Assembly (NCBI GenBank): GCA_050175015.1
Contig: JBFXJJ010000016.1
Span: 1 to 51,638, forward strand
Source of the DNA: Alphaproteobacteria bacterium
Lineage (GTDB): Bacteria > Pseudomonadota > Alphaproteobacteria > JBFXJJ01
Direction: 5' to 3'
DNA: 51,638 nt
This document shows, piece by piece, positions 1-9,300 of the stretch; the stretch's first letter is position 1, and the number at the start of each line of letters is the position of its first letter. The translations under genes and the position numbers were made by a program. Below the pieces are notes generated by a model. The model made no database searches and was not told the DNA's origin. It saw only the letters and a program-made list of their open reading frames with translations.

Positions 1-213
1 ATTTCAGGGAAGGCTGATCTTGCCAAGCAAGAAAAAAGACAGGCAGCAGAGCTTGCACAGCAGGAAGCCAAGAAAAAAATGCAAGAACGAGATGGGGAAC
101 AAGATGATGGTGATGGCAGCAAATCTGAGGGTGTTTTAGATAATAATAAAAATGATGATAAAGAAAAAAAATCTGATACAGTATATTTACCAGATAACGA
201 ACCTAAAGATTAA
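1..213 (+). CDS. 3' end of a gene truncated by the window edge (charged low-complexity C-terminus ...DNEPKD*)
   Basis: Frame 1 is open from base 1 to TAA at 211-213 (ISGKADLAKQEKRQAAELAQQEAKKK...). Function not recognisable. Confidence 0.6.
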   Translation: MSGKADLAKQEKRQAAELAQQEAKKKMQERDGEQDDGDGSKSEGVLDNNKNDDKEKKSDTVYLPDNEPKD

Positions 214-304
214 TAATTTTTTAGCAATAATTATTAAATACTGCTAAGGTTACAAAAAACTACCTATCAATAATATAAACAATCTAGAAAAAACGGTTTA
301 AAAA

Positions 305-1750
305 ATGGAAATATCTACAGGAAAAAACAAAATGAAGCACGATAGTTTTGTAAAAATCGTGGCAACGCTTGGGCCATCTTCTTCTTCTTATGAGATGATA
401 AAAAAACTAGCAGTTAAGGGGGCTGATGTTTTTAGGCTTAATTTTAGCCACGGATCTCCTGATGAACATCGTAAAACTTATGATAATATTAGAAAAGTTG
501 AAAAAGAAGTCGGTCGTCCTGTTGGTGTTATTGCTGATTTGCAAGGACCAAAACTAAGAGTTGGCAAATTTAAAGACGGCGAAGTAACCTTGGAGAAAGG
601 GCAAAATTTTCGTCTTGATTTGAATTCAATTGAAGGCAATGAAAAAGGTGTATGTCTTCCTCACCCTGAAATTTTTGCAGCCTTAAAAGTTGGAGCAAAT
701 CTCTTACTTAATGATGGCAGAATCAGGCTTCAAGTCGAAAGTTACGGCAGTGATTTTGCTGAGACTAGAGTTATCGACGGCGGTGTTTTATCTGATCGAA
801 AAGGGGTTAATGTTCCCGATGTTGAACTTCCTATTTCGGCACTTACAGAAAAAGACATCAAAGATTTAAAATTTGCCCTAGAAATGGGGGCAGATTGGAT
901 AGCTTTATCTTTTGTTCAAAAACCTGAAGACATTCAAAGAGCAAGAGAGATTATCAACGGCAGAGCTGGAATTATAGCTAAATTAGAAAAGCCTAATGCT
1001 ATTGAATATCTTGAAAAAATTGTAATGTTTTCAGATGCTGTAATGGTTGCTCGTGGCGACTTAGGTGTTGAATGTCCTCCTGAAATAGTTCCTCTATTAC
1101 AGAAAAGAATCATTAATTTTTGCAGGCAGGCAGCCAAACCAGTGATTGTAGCTACTCAAATGCTGGAATCTATGATTTATGCGCCAACGCCTACAAGAGC
1201 AGAGGCGTCAGATGTGGCAACCGCTGTTTATGATGGGGCTGATGCTGTTATGCTTTCAGCTGAGACGGCATCTGGTAAATTTCCTGAAAATGCAGTTTCA
1301 ATTATGAACCGAATCATTAATTCAGTAGAAAATGATGATATGTATCAAGTGTTTATGGATACATCACGTCCACCTCCCAAGAATACTGATGCTGATGCTA
1401 TTACCGCGGCGGCTTGCCAAGTTGCTAGAAGTATGCCCAATACCGCAGCGATTGTTAACTACACAATGTCAGGTTCAACGACTCTCCGCACGGCAAGGCG
1501 CCGCCCTGGTTTGCCGATTCTTTGCCTAACCCCTTCAGAACAAGTCGCTCGTAAGATGGCTCTTGTTTGGGGTGTTACAAGCCATATAGCTAAAGCGATT
1601 GAAGATTTTCCAGATATTGAGCGTAAAGCCGTTAAGCATTGTTTAGAGTGCAATATAGCGGCCAAAGGACAATCAGTGATTATTACTGCAGGTGTTCCTT
1701 TTGGTATCGCAGGCACGACTAATATTCTTAGAATATCTACAATTCAATAA
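305..1750 (+). CDS. pyk: Pyruvate kinase
   Basis: Motifs KIVATLGP, RLNFSHG, DLQGPKLR, MVARGDLGVE, ATQMLESM, PTRAE, DAVMLSAETA. The start may be the ATG at 332. Confidence 0.97.
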   Translation: MEISTGKNKMKHDSFVKIVATLGPSSSSYEMIKKLAVKGADVFRLNFSHGSPDEHRKTYDNIRKVEKEVGRPVGVIADLQGPKLRVGKFKDGEVTLEKGQNFRLDLNSIEGNEKGVCLPHPEIFAALKVGANLLLNDGRIRLQVESYGSDFAETRVIDGGVLSDRKGVNVPDVELPISALTEKDIKDLKFALEMGADWIALSFVQKPEDIQRAREIINGRAGIIAKLEKPNAIEYLEKIVMFSDAVMVARGDLGVECPPEIVPLLQKRIINFCRQAAKPVIVATQMLESMIYAPTPTRAEASDVATAVYDGADAVMLSAETASGKFPENAVSIMNRIINSVENDDMYQVFMDTSRPPPKNTDADAITAAACQVARSMPNTAAIVNYTMSGSTTLRTARRRPGLPILCLTPSEQVARKMALVWGVTSHIAKAIEDFPDIERKAVKHCLECNIAAKGQSVIITAGVPFGIAGTTNILRISTIQ

Positions 1751-1777
1751 GATTATTCTTTTAAAAGATATTTTATT

Positions 1778-1814
1778 TAAGGACATAAAGTTTATAGAGT
1801 GCTTTATGTCCTTA
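1778..1814 (+). terminator. Hairpin after pyk, probable intrinsic terminator
   Basis: TAAGGACATAAAG...CTTTATGTCCTTA inverted repeat followed by T-rich sequence. Confidence 0.6.
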
Positions 1815-1862
1815 TTTATTGATAAATTTAAAGTTATTTCTTTGTAATTTTATTTCAAATAA

Positions 1863-1893
1863 AAAACCCGTTATAAAATTAATAACGGGTTTT
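1863..1893. terminator. Bidirectional intrinsic terminator between convergent pyk and rpmJ
   Basis: AAAACCCGTTAT-loop-ATAACGGGTTTT. Confidence 0.75.
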
Positions 1894-1937
1894 ATAGCTT
1901 TTAAAGATTTTAAAGGCCGTAATTTTAAAAATTAAAA

Positions 1938-2063
1938 TTAACCTTGGCGAACCTTAAATTTTGGGTTCTTCTTGTTGATAACAAGAACTCTGCCTTTGCG
2001 TCTAATAAGGATGCAATCCTTATCTCTTTTTCTAACAGACTTTAATGAGTTGCGTATTTTCAT
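1938..2063 (-). CDS. rpmJ: 50S ribosomal protein L36, zinc-independent type (41 aa), missed by the ORF track
   Basis: Manual translation: [41 protein letters not shown]. Confidence 0.97.
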   Translation of the reverse strand: MKIRNSLKSVRKRDKDCILIRRKGRVLVINKKNPKFKVRQG

Positions 2064-2218
2064 CTTCCCGCACCTTTTTCTGGTCAAAATGATTGTTTTA
2101 AAGAAATGAACAATAAGACGAATAACACCTTATGTCAATTGCGTAATTTAGTTATATAGCCTATTTTTATTAAATAGGGTATAAATATCTTATGTTTTAA
2201 CAAAAAAAGAGGAAAACA

Positions 2219-4396
2219 ATGAACCAGAATATGGAATTTATAATCAGAGGTATGCATTGTTCAGCTTGTGCAGCAAGCCTTTCAAAGGCCTTGAATCAGT
2301 TAAAAAATATTGATAAGGCAGAGGTAAACTTTGCTTCAGAACGCGCGTTTGTTTCTGGTAAAATTAAAGCACAAGATGTCCTTGATGCTGTAAAAAACGC
2401 AGGTTTTGAGGCGCTTTTAATTCAAGATGAACAGGCCGAAGCCAGTCAGGAAGAAGAAAATCGTGCGCGACAGATAAAGAAAGACTTTTACTTATTTATA
2501 ATTTCAGCAATATTTTCTTTGCCGTTGTTTTTACCAATGATTTTAGATTTATTTGGAATATCTTGGTATCTTAACCCGTTTTACCAGTTCCTTTTAGCAA
2601 CACCTGTGCAATTTATTTTAGGCGCAAGGTTCTATAAAGGGGCTTTCACATCATTAAAAAACAAATCTGCTAACATGGATTTTTTAGTCGCTCTTGGAAC
2701 GAGTTCTGCCTATTTTTTAAGCTTATGGCGGACGTTTGAGAGTCAAGGTGATTTGTATTTTGAGGCCTCAACGGTTGTCATAACGTTGGTTTTGCTTGGT
2801 AAAAATTTGGAAGCAAGAGCAAGGCATAATGCTGCCGAAGCTATTTTAGCGCTGTCTAAGATAAGGCCTTTGCTAGCTTTGGTAGAAAAGGATAATGATA
2901 TTAAAGAAATTCCTGTTTCAGAAGTTAAAGTTGGAGATACCGTTCTTGTTAGGGCAGGAGAGGCGCTTCCTGTTGATGGAATTGTTCTTTCGGGAGAAAG
3001 TTTAATTGACGAATCGATGATTACAGGAGAAAGTCTGCCTGTTTTAAGAAGGCCTGAAGATAAAGTTGCAGGCGGCACGATAAACGGTGAATCTTTGCTT
3101 AAAATTAAAGCAATTAGTATTGCTGCGGAATCAACTATTGCGAAAATTATTAGGTTGCTTCGTTTAGCTCAAATGAAAAAAGCTCCAATAGAAAGATTGG
3201 TTGATATCGTGGCATCATATTTTGTGCCTGTTGTTGTTATTATTGCCGTTGGTTGTTTTGTTTATTGGAATTGGTGGGCAGCCGCTGGTTTTGAAAAAGC
3301 ATTTACCGCAGCTATTTCGGTTTTGGTAATTGCTTGTCCGTGTGCTTTAGGGCTTGCCACGCCTACTGCTGTAATGGTTGGAACTGGTGTTGCGGCGAAA
3401 TATGGCATTTTAATTAAAGATGTTGAAGCTCTTGAACGTATGTTTAAGCTTACGAGTATTGTTTTTGATAAAACCGGAACATTAACCAAAGGCAGACCAA
3501 GAGTTGAAAAGGTTTATTCTTTATATTCTATTGGAATGGCGGAAGGCGAAATTCTAAGAATGGTAGCGTCGGCTCAAGTCGGGAGCGAACATCCCTTGGC
3601 GCTAGCCGTAACTAAAGAAGCAAAAAAACGAGGCTTGGAACTTAGTAAGGTTGATATTTTAAATATTCTGCCAGGTAAAGGATTTGTAGCTTATATTGGT
3701 AAAGATAAAGTTGTCGTTGGCAATAGGCGTTTTTTAAAGGAAAAAGGGATTTCTATTAATGAGCTATATCAAAAATATCCTGAAATAGATAAACATAATA
3801 ATACGGTTACTTGGGTGGCATTTAATGATGATGTCGAAGCTCGAGGAGCAATAATATTCTTTGATGAATTAAGAAAAACGGCAAAAAATGCTATTGATAA
3901 TTTGAACGCTATCAATATCAAAACCCTAATGATTACGGGTGATAATAAAATGACAGCGACAAGAATAGCTGACGAGTGTGGCATTGAAAATTTTGTTGCT
4001 GAAGCCTTGCCTGAAGATAAGCTGATAAAAATTAAAGAACTCCAAAACAGTGGAGAAATTGTCGCTATGGTAGGTGATGGTATCAATGATGCTCCTGCTC
4101 TGGCGGCTGCTGATATCGGTATTGCAATGGGAAGCGGAACCGATATAGCTATGTCTTCAGCTCAGATTACGTTGGTTAGGGCGGATCCTGCGTTGATTGT
4201 GTCTGCAATCAAAATATCTAGGGCGTCATTTAATAAAATTAAACAGAATCTATTCTGGGCATTTTGTTATAACATTGTTGCAATCCCATTAGCTGCCATA
4301 GGTGAATTAAACCCTATGATAGCAGGAGCCGCTATGGCTTTTTCATCAGTTAGTGTTGTAACAAACTCTTTGCTGCTTAAGAGGTGGAAGCCTTAA
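2219..4396 (+). CDS. copA: P1B-1 (Cu+) heavy-metal translocating P-type ATPase
   Basis: N-terminal GMHCSAC metal-binding domain, TGES, CPC, DKTGT, SEHP, GDGIND, YN and MAFSS transmembrane signatures. Confidence 0.93.
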   Translation: MNQNMEFIIRGMHCSACAASLSKALNQLKNIDKAEVNFASERAFVSGKIKAQDVLDAVKNAGFEALLIQDEQAEASQEEENRARQIKKDFYLFIISAIFSLPLFLPMILDLFGISWYLNPFYQFLLATPVQFILGARFYKGAFTSLKNKSANMDFLVALGTSSAYFLSLWRTFESQGDLYFEASTVVITLVLLGKNLEARARHNAAEAILALSKIRPLLALVEKDNDIKEIPVSEVKVGDTVLVRAGEALPVDGIVLSGESLIDESMITGESLPVLRRPEDKVAGGTINGESLLKIKAISIAAESTIAKIIRLLRLAQMKKAPIERLVDIVASYFVPVVVIIAVGCFVYWNWWAAAGFEKAFTAAISVLVIACPCALGLATPTAVMVGTGVAAKYGILIKDVEALERMFKLTSIVFDKTGTLTKGRPRVEKVYSLYSIGMAEGEILRMVASAQVGSEHPLALAVTKEAKKRGLELSKVDILNILPGKGFVAYIGKDKVVVGNRRFLKEKGISINELYQKYPEIDKHNNTVTWVAFNDDVEARGAIIFFDELRKTAKNAIDNLNAINIKTLMITGDNKMTATRIADECGIENFVAEALPEDKLIKIKELQNSGEIVAMVGDGINDAPALAAADIGIAMGSGTDIAMSSAQITLVRADPALIVSAIKISRASFNKIKQNLFWAFCYNIVAIPLAAIGELNPMIAGAAMAFSSVSVVTNSLLLKRWKP

Positions 4397-4449
4397 GATA
4401 TATTTTATTAATATAATTGCTAATAGCCGTATGGCTAAAAATAAGAACT

Positions 4450-4477
4450 AAAAAAGAGGGATTGTTCCCTCTTTTTT
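4450..4477. terminator. Bidirectional terminator between convergent genes
   Basis: AAAAAAGAGGGA-TTGT-TCCCTCTTTTTT. Confidence 0.85.
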
Positions 4478-4521
4478 AATAGTTTTTTTTAAAGAATGTT
4501 TATTTAGCAGAACCAAAACCG

Positions 4522-5142
4522 TTATTTTTTCGCAGCGGTATCATCTTTTTTTAAATCGCTAGGAACATCATTTTGATTAACATAAGCCTCTGGAATATAA
4601 GCTATTGCAGCTTCTGTAATTTCTCTTGAAACTTCATTGCCCCAATCTAGAGCAACATCTTGAATTTCTTTTAAAATTTCAGGGTTAGTTTCAATGAATT
4701 TTTTGCCTGCACTTGTATCAAGAAAGGCTACAATCTCTTTGATTTCATCTGGAGAAAAGCTGTCGGTATAAATAGGAACTATTAGATTAACTAAACTTGC
4801 TCGTTTTTCTTCAAGTTTTTTATAGGCGGCATTTTGAGCGGCACTAAGGTTCTTTTCATCAGTATTGGGATATAGATTGTTGAAAGAAGAAATAATGCTG
4901 TAAACCAGAAGATTGTTAATGCCGTCGAAAACATTGCTGTTGATGGTTAATACAAGTTTTTCAGCATCAGAATTATAGTTATCACTAGCCGCAGAGGTTT
5001 TGTTTTTACCGTCTTTTTTGCTCTCGGATACAATATTGTTTTCTGAGGCTGTATTTGGTTTAGACATAAAACCTTTAATAGCAAAAATTGATATAATGAT
5101 AAGCAAAAGCGGTGCAATGATTAAGAGCAGATTTTTTTTCAT
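4522..5142 (-). CDS. Membrane-anchored or exported DUF2059-like protein
   Basis: N-terminal hydrophobic segment; IYTDSFSPDEIKEIVAFLDTSAGKKF matches the DUF2059 pattern. Confidence 0.75.
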   Translation of the reverse strand: MKKNLLLIIAPLLLIIISIFAIKGFMSKPNTASENNIVSESKKDGKNKTSAASDNYNSDAEKLVLTINSNVFDGINNLLVYSIISSFNNLYPNTDEKNLSAAQNAAYKKLEEKRASLVNLIVPIYTDSFSPDEIKEIVAFLDTSAGKKFIETNPEILKEIQDVALDWGNEVSREITEAAIAYIPEAYVNQNDVPSDLKKDDTAAKK

Positions 5143-5240
5143 GTTTGATATAGTTCCTTTGTTTTTTGGGTAGCGATATAGTATAAATAATACATTATTT
5201 ATTATTTTTGTTAATCAAAATAATTGAAAGAGTTAATATT

Positions 5241-6392
5241 ATGAAAATTGCTGTTCCCAAAGAAATACTTAGTAATGAAACCAGAGTTGCGGCAACGCCA
5301 GATATTGTTAAAAAATATATTGAACTTGGTTTTAAAGTAGCTGTTGAAAAAAAAGCAGGGGAAGCTTCTGGATATAGTGATAAAGAATATGAGAATCAGG
5401 GAGCTGAAATAGTATCTAAGATCGGAGATTTATATAAAGGAGCTGATATTATTTTGAAAGTATCTCCTTTTATGACTGAAAATGATAAATTAGATGAAAT
5501 GGCTTTGCTCGAATCTGGAATGATAGTCATTTCTAATATGAATAGCTTAAACGATTTAGAGCGAACAAAAAAACTTGCTCAAAAAGGTGTTACCGCATTT
5601 GCCATGGAACTGATGCCTAGAATTTCTAGAGCTCAGAGTATGGACATACTTTCTTCGCAAAGCAATCTTGCTGGTTATAGAGCTGTTATTGAGGCAGCTT
5701 ATGAATATAACGGCGTTTTTCCTATGATGATGACAGCGGCAGGAACCGTTGCTCCAACTAGAGTATTAGTTTTAGGGGCAGGGGTTGCAGGCTTGCAGGC
5801 TATCGCAACTGCCAAAAGGTTAGGGGCGATTGTTTCCGCTTATGATGTCCGTCCTGCGGTTAAGGAGCAAGTCGAATCTCTTGGAGCAAAATTTGTTGTC
5901 GTTGATGAAGATGCTACCAAAGAGGCCGAAACTAAAACTGGTTATGCTAAAGAAATGAACAAAACATATCAGAAAAAACAGGAAGAAGTTTTAACCAAGC
6001 AGCTAGAGAAAACAGACGTTGTGATATGCACCGCTTTAATTATGGGAAAGCAAGCTCCAGTTTTGATTAATGATGATATGTTATCGGTAATGAAAAAAGG
6101 TGCAGTTATCGTTGATTTAGCCGTAGAAACAGGCGGAAATTGCTCGGCAAGTCAGATGGATAAAATTGTTGAAAAAGAAGGTGTAAAAGTTATCGGCCGT
6201 AGTAATATGGCTGGAAGAGTGGCAAGTAATGCCAGCCAGTTATATGCTAAAAATGTTTTTAATTTTATTACGCAGTTTTTTGATTCCAAAACAGGAAGTG
6301 TTGATTTCAACTTTGATGATGATTTAGTTAAGGGAACTTGTGTTGCTAAGGAAGGCAAAATAGTTCACAATCTGCTAATTAAAAAAGGATAA
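5241..6392 (+). CDS. pntAA: NAD(P) transhydrogenase alpha subunit part 1 (domain I)
   Basis: MKIAVPKE...ETRVAATP, RISRAQSMDILSSQSNLAGY, GAGVAGLQA, GYAKEM. Start set at the ATG at 5241. Confidence 0.95.
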   Translation: MKIAVPKEILSNETRVAATPDIVKKYIELGFKVAVEKKAGEASGYSDKEYENQGAEIVSKIGDLYKGADIILKVSPFMTENDKLDEMALLESGMIVISNMNSLNDLERTKKLAQKGVTAFAMELMPRISRAQSMDILSSQSNLAGYRAVIEAAYEYNGVFPMMMTAAGTVAPTRVLVLGAGVAGLQAIATAKRLGAIVSAYDVRPAVKEQVESLGAKFVVVDEDATKEAETKTGYAKEMNKTYQKKQEEVLTKQLEKTDVVICTALIMGKQAPVLINDDMLSVMKKGAVIVDLAVETGGNCSASQMDKIVEKEGVKVIGRSNMAGRVASNASQLYAKNVFNFITQFFDSKTGSVDFNFDDDLVKGTCVAKEGKIVHNLLIKKG

Positions 6393-6398
6393 CATAAA

Positions 6399-6839
6399 AT
6401 GGAAAGTAGTGTGGTATCTAATATTAAAGAAAATGATGTCGTTTCTCAAAAAATAGGGGTTGTTTTGGAACACGCTCATAAAATTAGTGAGCAGGCTAAA
6501 GGTTTTATAGAATCTTTAACTGAGCCGGCGGCATCTTGTTCTCAGGATACGACAATATGGCTGCTTTTAACGATATTCGTCTTGGCTTGTTTCGTGGGAT
6601 ATTATGTTGTGTGGCATGTTACCCCAGCTTTGCAGTCGCCTCTTATGAGTGTTTCTAATGCTATCTCTGGGATAGTTATTGTGGGGGCTCTTTTAGCTGC
6701 TGGAGTAAATGTGTTTTCCGCATCGTTATTTTTTGCCAAAGTTTTTGGGCTTTTAGCAGTATTCTTTGCCTCGATAAATATTTTTGGCGGCTTCGTGGTT
6801 TCACAGCGTATGCTGGCAATGTTTAAGAAAAAGAAGTAG
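6399..6839 (+). CDS. pntAB: NAD(P) transhydrogenase alpha subunit part 2
   Basis: [45 protein letters not shown]. Confidence 0.95.
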   Translation: MESSVVSNIKENDVVSQKIGVVLEHAHKISEQAKGFIESLTEPAASCSQDTTIWLLLTIFVLACFVGYYVVWHVTPALQSPLMSVSNAISGIVIVGALLAAGVNVFSASLFFAKVFGLLAVFFASINIFGGFVVSQRMLAMFKKKK

Positions 6840-6849
6840 GAGAATTTAG

Positions 6850-8220
6850 ATGTTTACATTTTCAATGTCAGCCTACTTGATTGCCAGTATTTGTTTTATC
6901 TTGTCATTAAGAGGTTTGTCCTCACCAGAAACGGCTAGAAAAGGTAATATTATTGGGGCTGTGGGAATGGCGCTTGCAATTATTGCAACCATTGTTATGC
7001 CTCAAGTATCATCATATTTTTTGATTGTTGTGGCGGTGTTTTTGGGGGGAGCGGTCGGCACTTTTGCTGGCAAGGCAGTTAAAATGACAGCTTTGCCGCA
7101 GATGGTGGCAGCGTTTAATGGCTTTGGCGGTTTGGCTTCAGTTCTTGTATCTATGGCAGAGGTTCTTTCGGGAAGCACAGAATTGTTATCATCGGCACTT
7201 GGTATGATTGTTGGCGCAATCGCTTTTACGGGGTCAATTATAGCTTTTGCCAAGTTGTATGGCATAATGTCAGGGAACCCAATAACATTTAAAATGCAGC
7301 ATCAGATTAATGCAGCCTTAATCTTAGTTCTTATTGTTTTTACAATGTTATTTGCTAAAGGCAATGGCGGCTTTGTCTTGTTTTTCTTGATGGTCTTAAT
7401 TGCTCTTTTGCTCGGCTTTCTGCTTGTTATTCCAATCGGCGGGGCTGATATGCCGGTTGTTATTTCGGTGCTTAATTCCTATTCGGGCTGGGCAGCTTGT
7501 GCTGTTGGTTTTGCTTTAGAAAATCCGCTTTTGATTATCACAGGGGCTTTGGTTGGAGCATCTGGTGCTATTCTTTCTTACATTATGTGTAAAGGAATGA
7601 ATCGCTCAATTTTTAATGTTGTTTTGGGAGGCTTTGGCGGAGATAATGCCTCTTCTGCTACGTCAAAAGATGGCGCTTCTGGCGTTGATAAGACGGCAAA
7701 ATCAGGAAGCCCTGAAGATGCTGCTTTTGTTATGAAAAATGCTTCAAAGGTTATTATTGTTCCAGGATATGGTATGGCTGTTGCTCAAGCTCAGCACGTT
7801 TTGAGAGAAATGGCAGATGCTTTGAAGAAAGAGGGCGTTACTATAAAATATGCGATTCACCCCGTTGCAGGACGTATGCCAGGTCATATGAATGTGCTTT
7901 TGGCGGAAGCCAATGTTCCTTATGATGAAGTTTTCGAGTTAGATGATATTAACAGGGAATTCGCAACCGCTGATGCTGTATATGTTATTGGTGCCAATGA
8001 TGTTACTAATCCTTTAGCAAAAACAGATAGCAGCAGTCCTATTTATGGTATGCCTGTGCTTGACATAGATAAGGCAAAAACGGTATTCTTTGTTAAGCGA
8101 TCTCTTGCTTCTGGCTACGCTGGTATTGATAATCCTATGTTTTATGCTGACAATACAATGATGCTTTTTGGCGATGCCAAAAAAATTACCGAAAGCATTG
8201 TTAAAATGTTGGGGGCATAA
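6850..8220 (+). CDS. pntB: NAD(P) transhydrogenase beta subunit
   Basis: IGGADMPVVIS, PGYGMAVAQAQ, HPVAGRMPGHMNVLLAEA, GANDV. Confidence 0.97.
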   Translation: MFTFSMSAYLIASICFILSLRGLSSPETARKGNIIGAVGMALAIIATIVMPQVSSYFLIVVAVFLGGAVGTFAGKAVKMTALPQMVAAFNGFGGLASVLVSMAEVLSGSTELLSSALGMIVGAIAFTGSIIAFAKLYGIMSGNPITFKMQHQINAALILVLIVFTMLFAKGNGGFVLFFLMVLIALLLGFLLVIPIGGADMPVVISVLNSYSGWAACAVGFALENPLLIITGALVGASGAILSYIMCKGMNRSIFNVVLGGFGGDNASSATSKDGASGVDKTAKSGSPEDAAFVMKNASKVIIVPGYGMAVAQAQHVLREMADALKKEGVTIKYAIHPVAGRMPGHMNVLLAEANVPYDEVFELDDINREFATADAVYVIGANDVTNPLAKTDSSSPIYGMPVLDIDKAKTVFFVKRSLASGYAGIDNPMFYADNTMMLFGDAKKITESIVKMLGA

Positions 8221-8243
8221 GGCTAATTTCTCGAGATTATACT

Positions 8244-8690
8244 ATGGTAAATTATTTATGGTTTTTTTACGCTCTAGGTGCTTCTGTCCTATGGGGGTTA
8301 GGCTATGTTTTATCTGAAAAAGTTTTAAAAGCAGGGATAACTCCAATATTCTATCTCCTTGTCGTTTCCGTTTTAGATGTGGTTGTTTTTGGAATATTGG
8401 CTATGTTTGAAGGCTTCTCGTCTAACTTGCAGCTTTTAGCTGACGATCGCAGGAATTGGACGGGCTTGATATTAACGACTATGGTTTTTGCTGTAGCCAA
8501 TATTTTAATTTCTTATGGTATTGTTACAAAGAATGCAACAATGGCGAGTTTTATCGAAATAAGCTATCCTATCTTTACCGCATTTTTTGCGTGGTTGATT
8601 TTAAAAGAGACACAATTTAATTGTATGACATTAATTGGCGGAGCTTTAATTTTTACAGGTATCGGCTTCGTTTTTGTTGGGGGAAAATAA
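8244..8690 (+). CDS. Single-repeat EamA/DMT family membrane protein
   Basis: About 5 hydrophobic helices; YPIFTAFFAWLILKE...LIGGALIFTG pattern. Confidence 0.8.
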   Translation: MVNYLWFFYALGASVLWGLGYVLSEKVLKAGITPIFYLLVVSVLDVVVFGILAMFEGFSSNLQLLADDRRNWTGLILTTMVFAVANILISYGIVTKNATMASFIEISYPIFTAFFAWLILKETQFNCMTLIGGALIFTGIGFVFVGGK

Positions 8691-9014
8691 ATGGGTTCCT
8701 TAATTAGAGGGCTGGTAGCTCTTGTTACGAGCGGAGTTTTAATAAGACCAGCTGTTATCTTTGGCATCGCTTTGTCTTTGTGGCCAATGTTTTTTACACA
8801 GAATCAAGATGAATCTTATGCTATAGTGAAGAGCTACCTCCCATATCTTGCAATGTTTTATGGCGGTTTTTTGATTGCTCTTTTTTCTAAGAAAAGCAGA
8901 CCTTATGGTAATTTTAGTATAAAAAGTTTGTTAGCAAATACGGTTGGCAATTTTTGTATGTCGTTTTTAGCATTTTTTATCTTTATAGCATTTGTAAGCT
9001 TTATATCATTCTAA
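8691..9014 (+). CDS. Hypothetical small membrane protein
   Basis: About 3 hydrophobic segments; ATG directly follows the upstream TAA. Confidence 0.65.
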   Translation: MGSLIRGLVALVTSGVLIRPAVIFGIALSLWPMFFTQNQDESYAIVKSYLPYLAMFYGGFLIALFSKKSRPYGNFSIKSLLANTVGNFCMSFLAFFIFIAFVSFISF

Positions 9015-9181
9015 AATAATATCCTTGCTGTTTGGTATTATAAAAAACTTGAAGCCTAAAAGTAAAAAGATTATAAAATTATAACAAAATAAATGAAGCC
9101 TATTGCTAAATAAAATAGTTGTTGGCTAATCTATTTTAGAAAATAATAAGCGTTTTTGAGACAAGCTGATTATTTTTAACG

Positions 9182-9258
9182 GCGCCCGTAGCTCAGTAGG
9201 ATAGAGCGCAGGATTCCTAATCCTGAGGCCACAGGTTCGAATCCTGTCGGGCGCACCA
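9182..9258 (+). tRNA. tRNA-Arg(CCT)
   Basis: Acceptor stem GCGCCCG/CGGGCGC, anticodon arm CAGGA-TTCCTAA-TCCTG, GGTTCGAATCC T-loop, encoded CCA. Confidence 0.97.
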
Positions 9259-9300
9259 GTATTTATAAGGCTTAAAGCGTTTTAATTAAAATAAGCTAGC

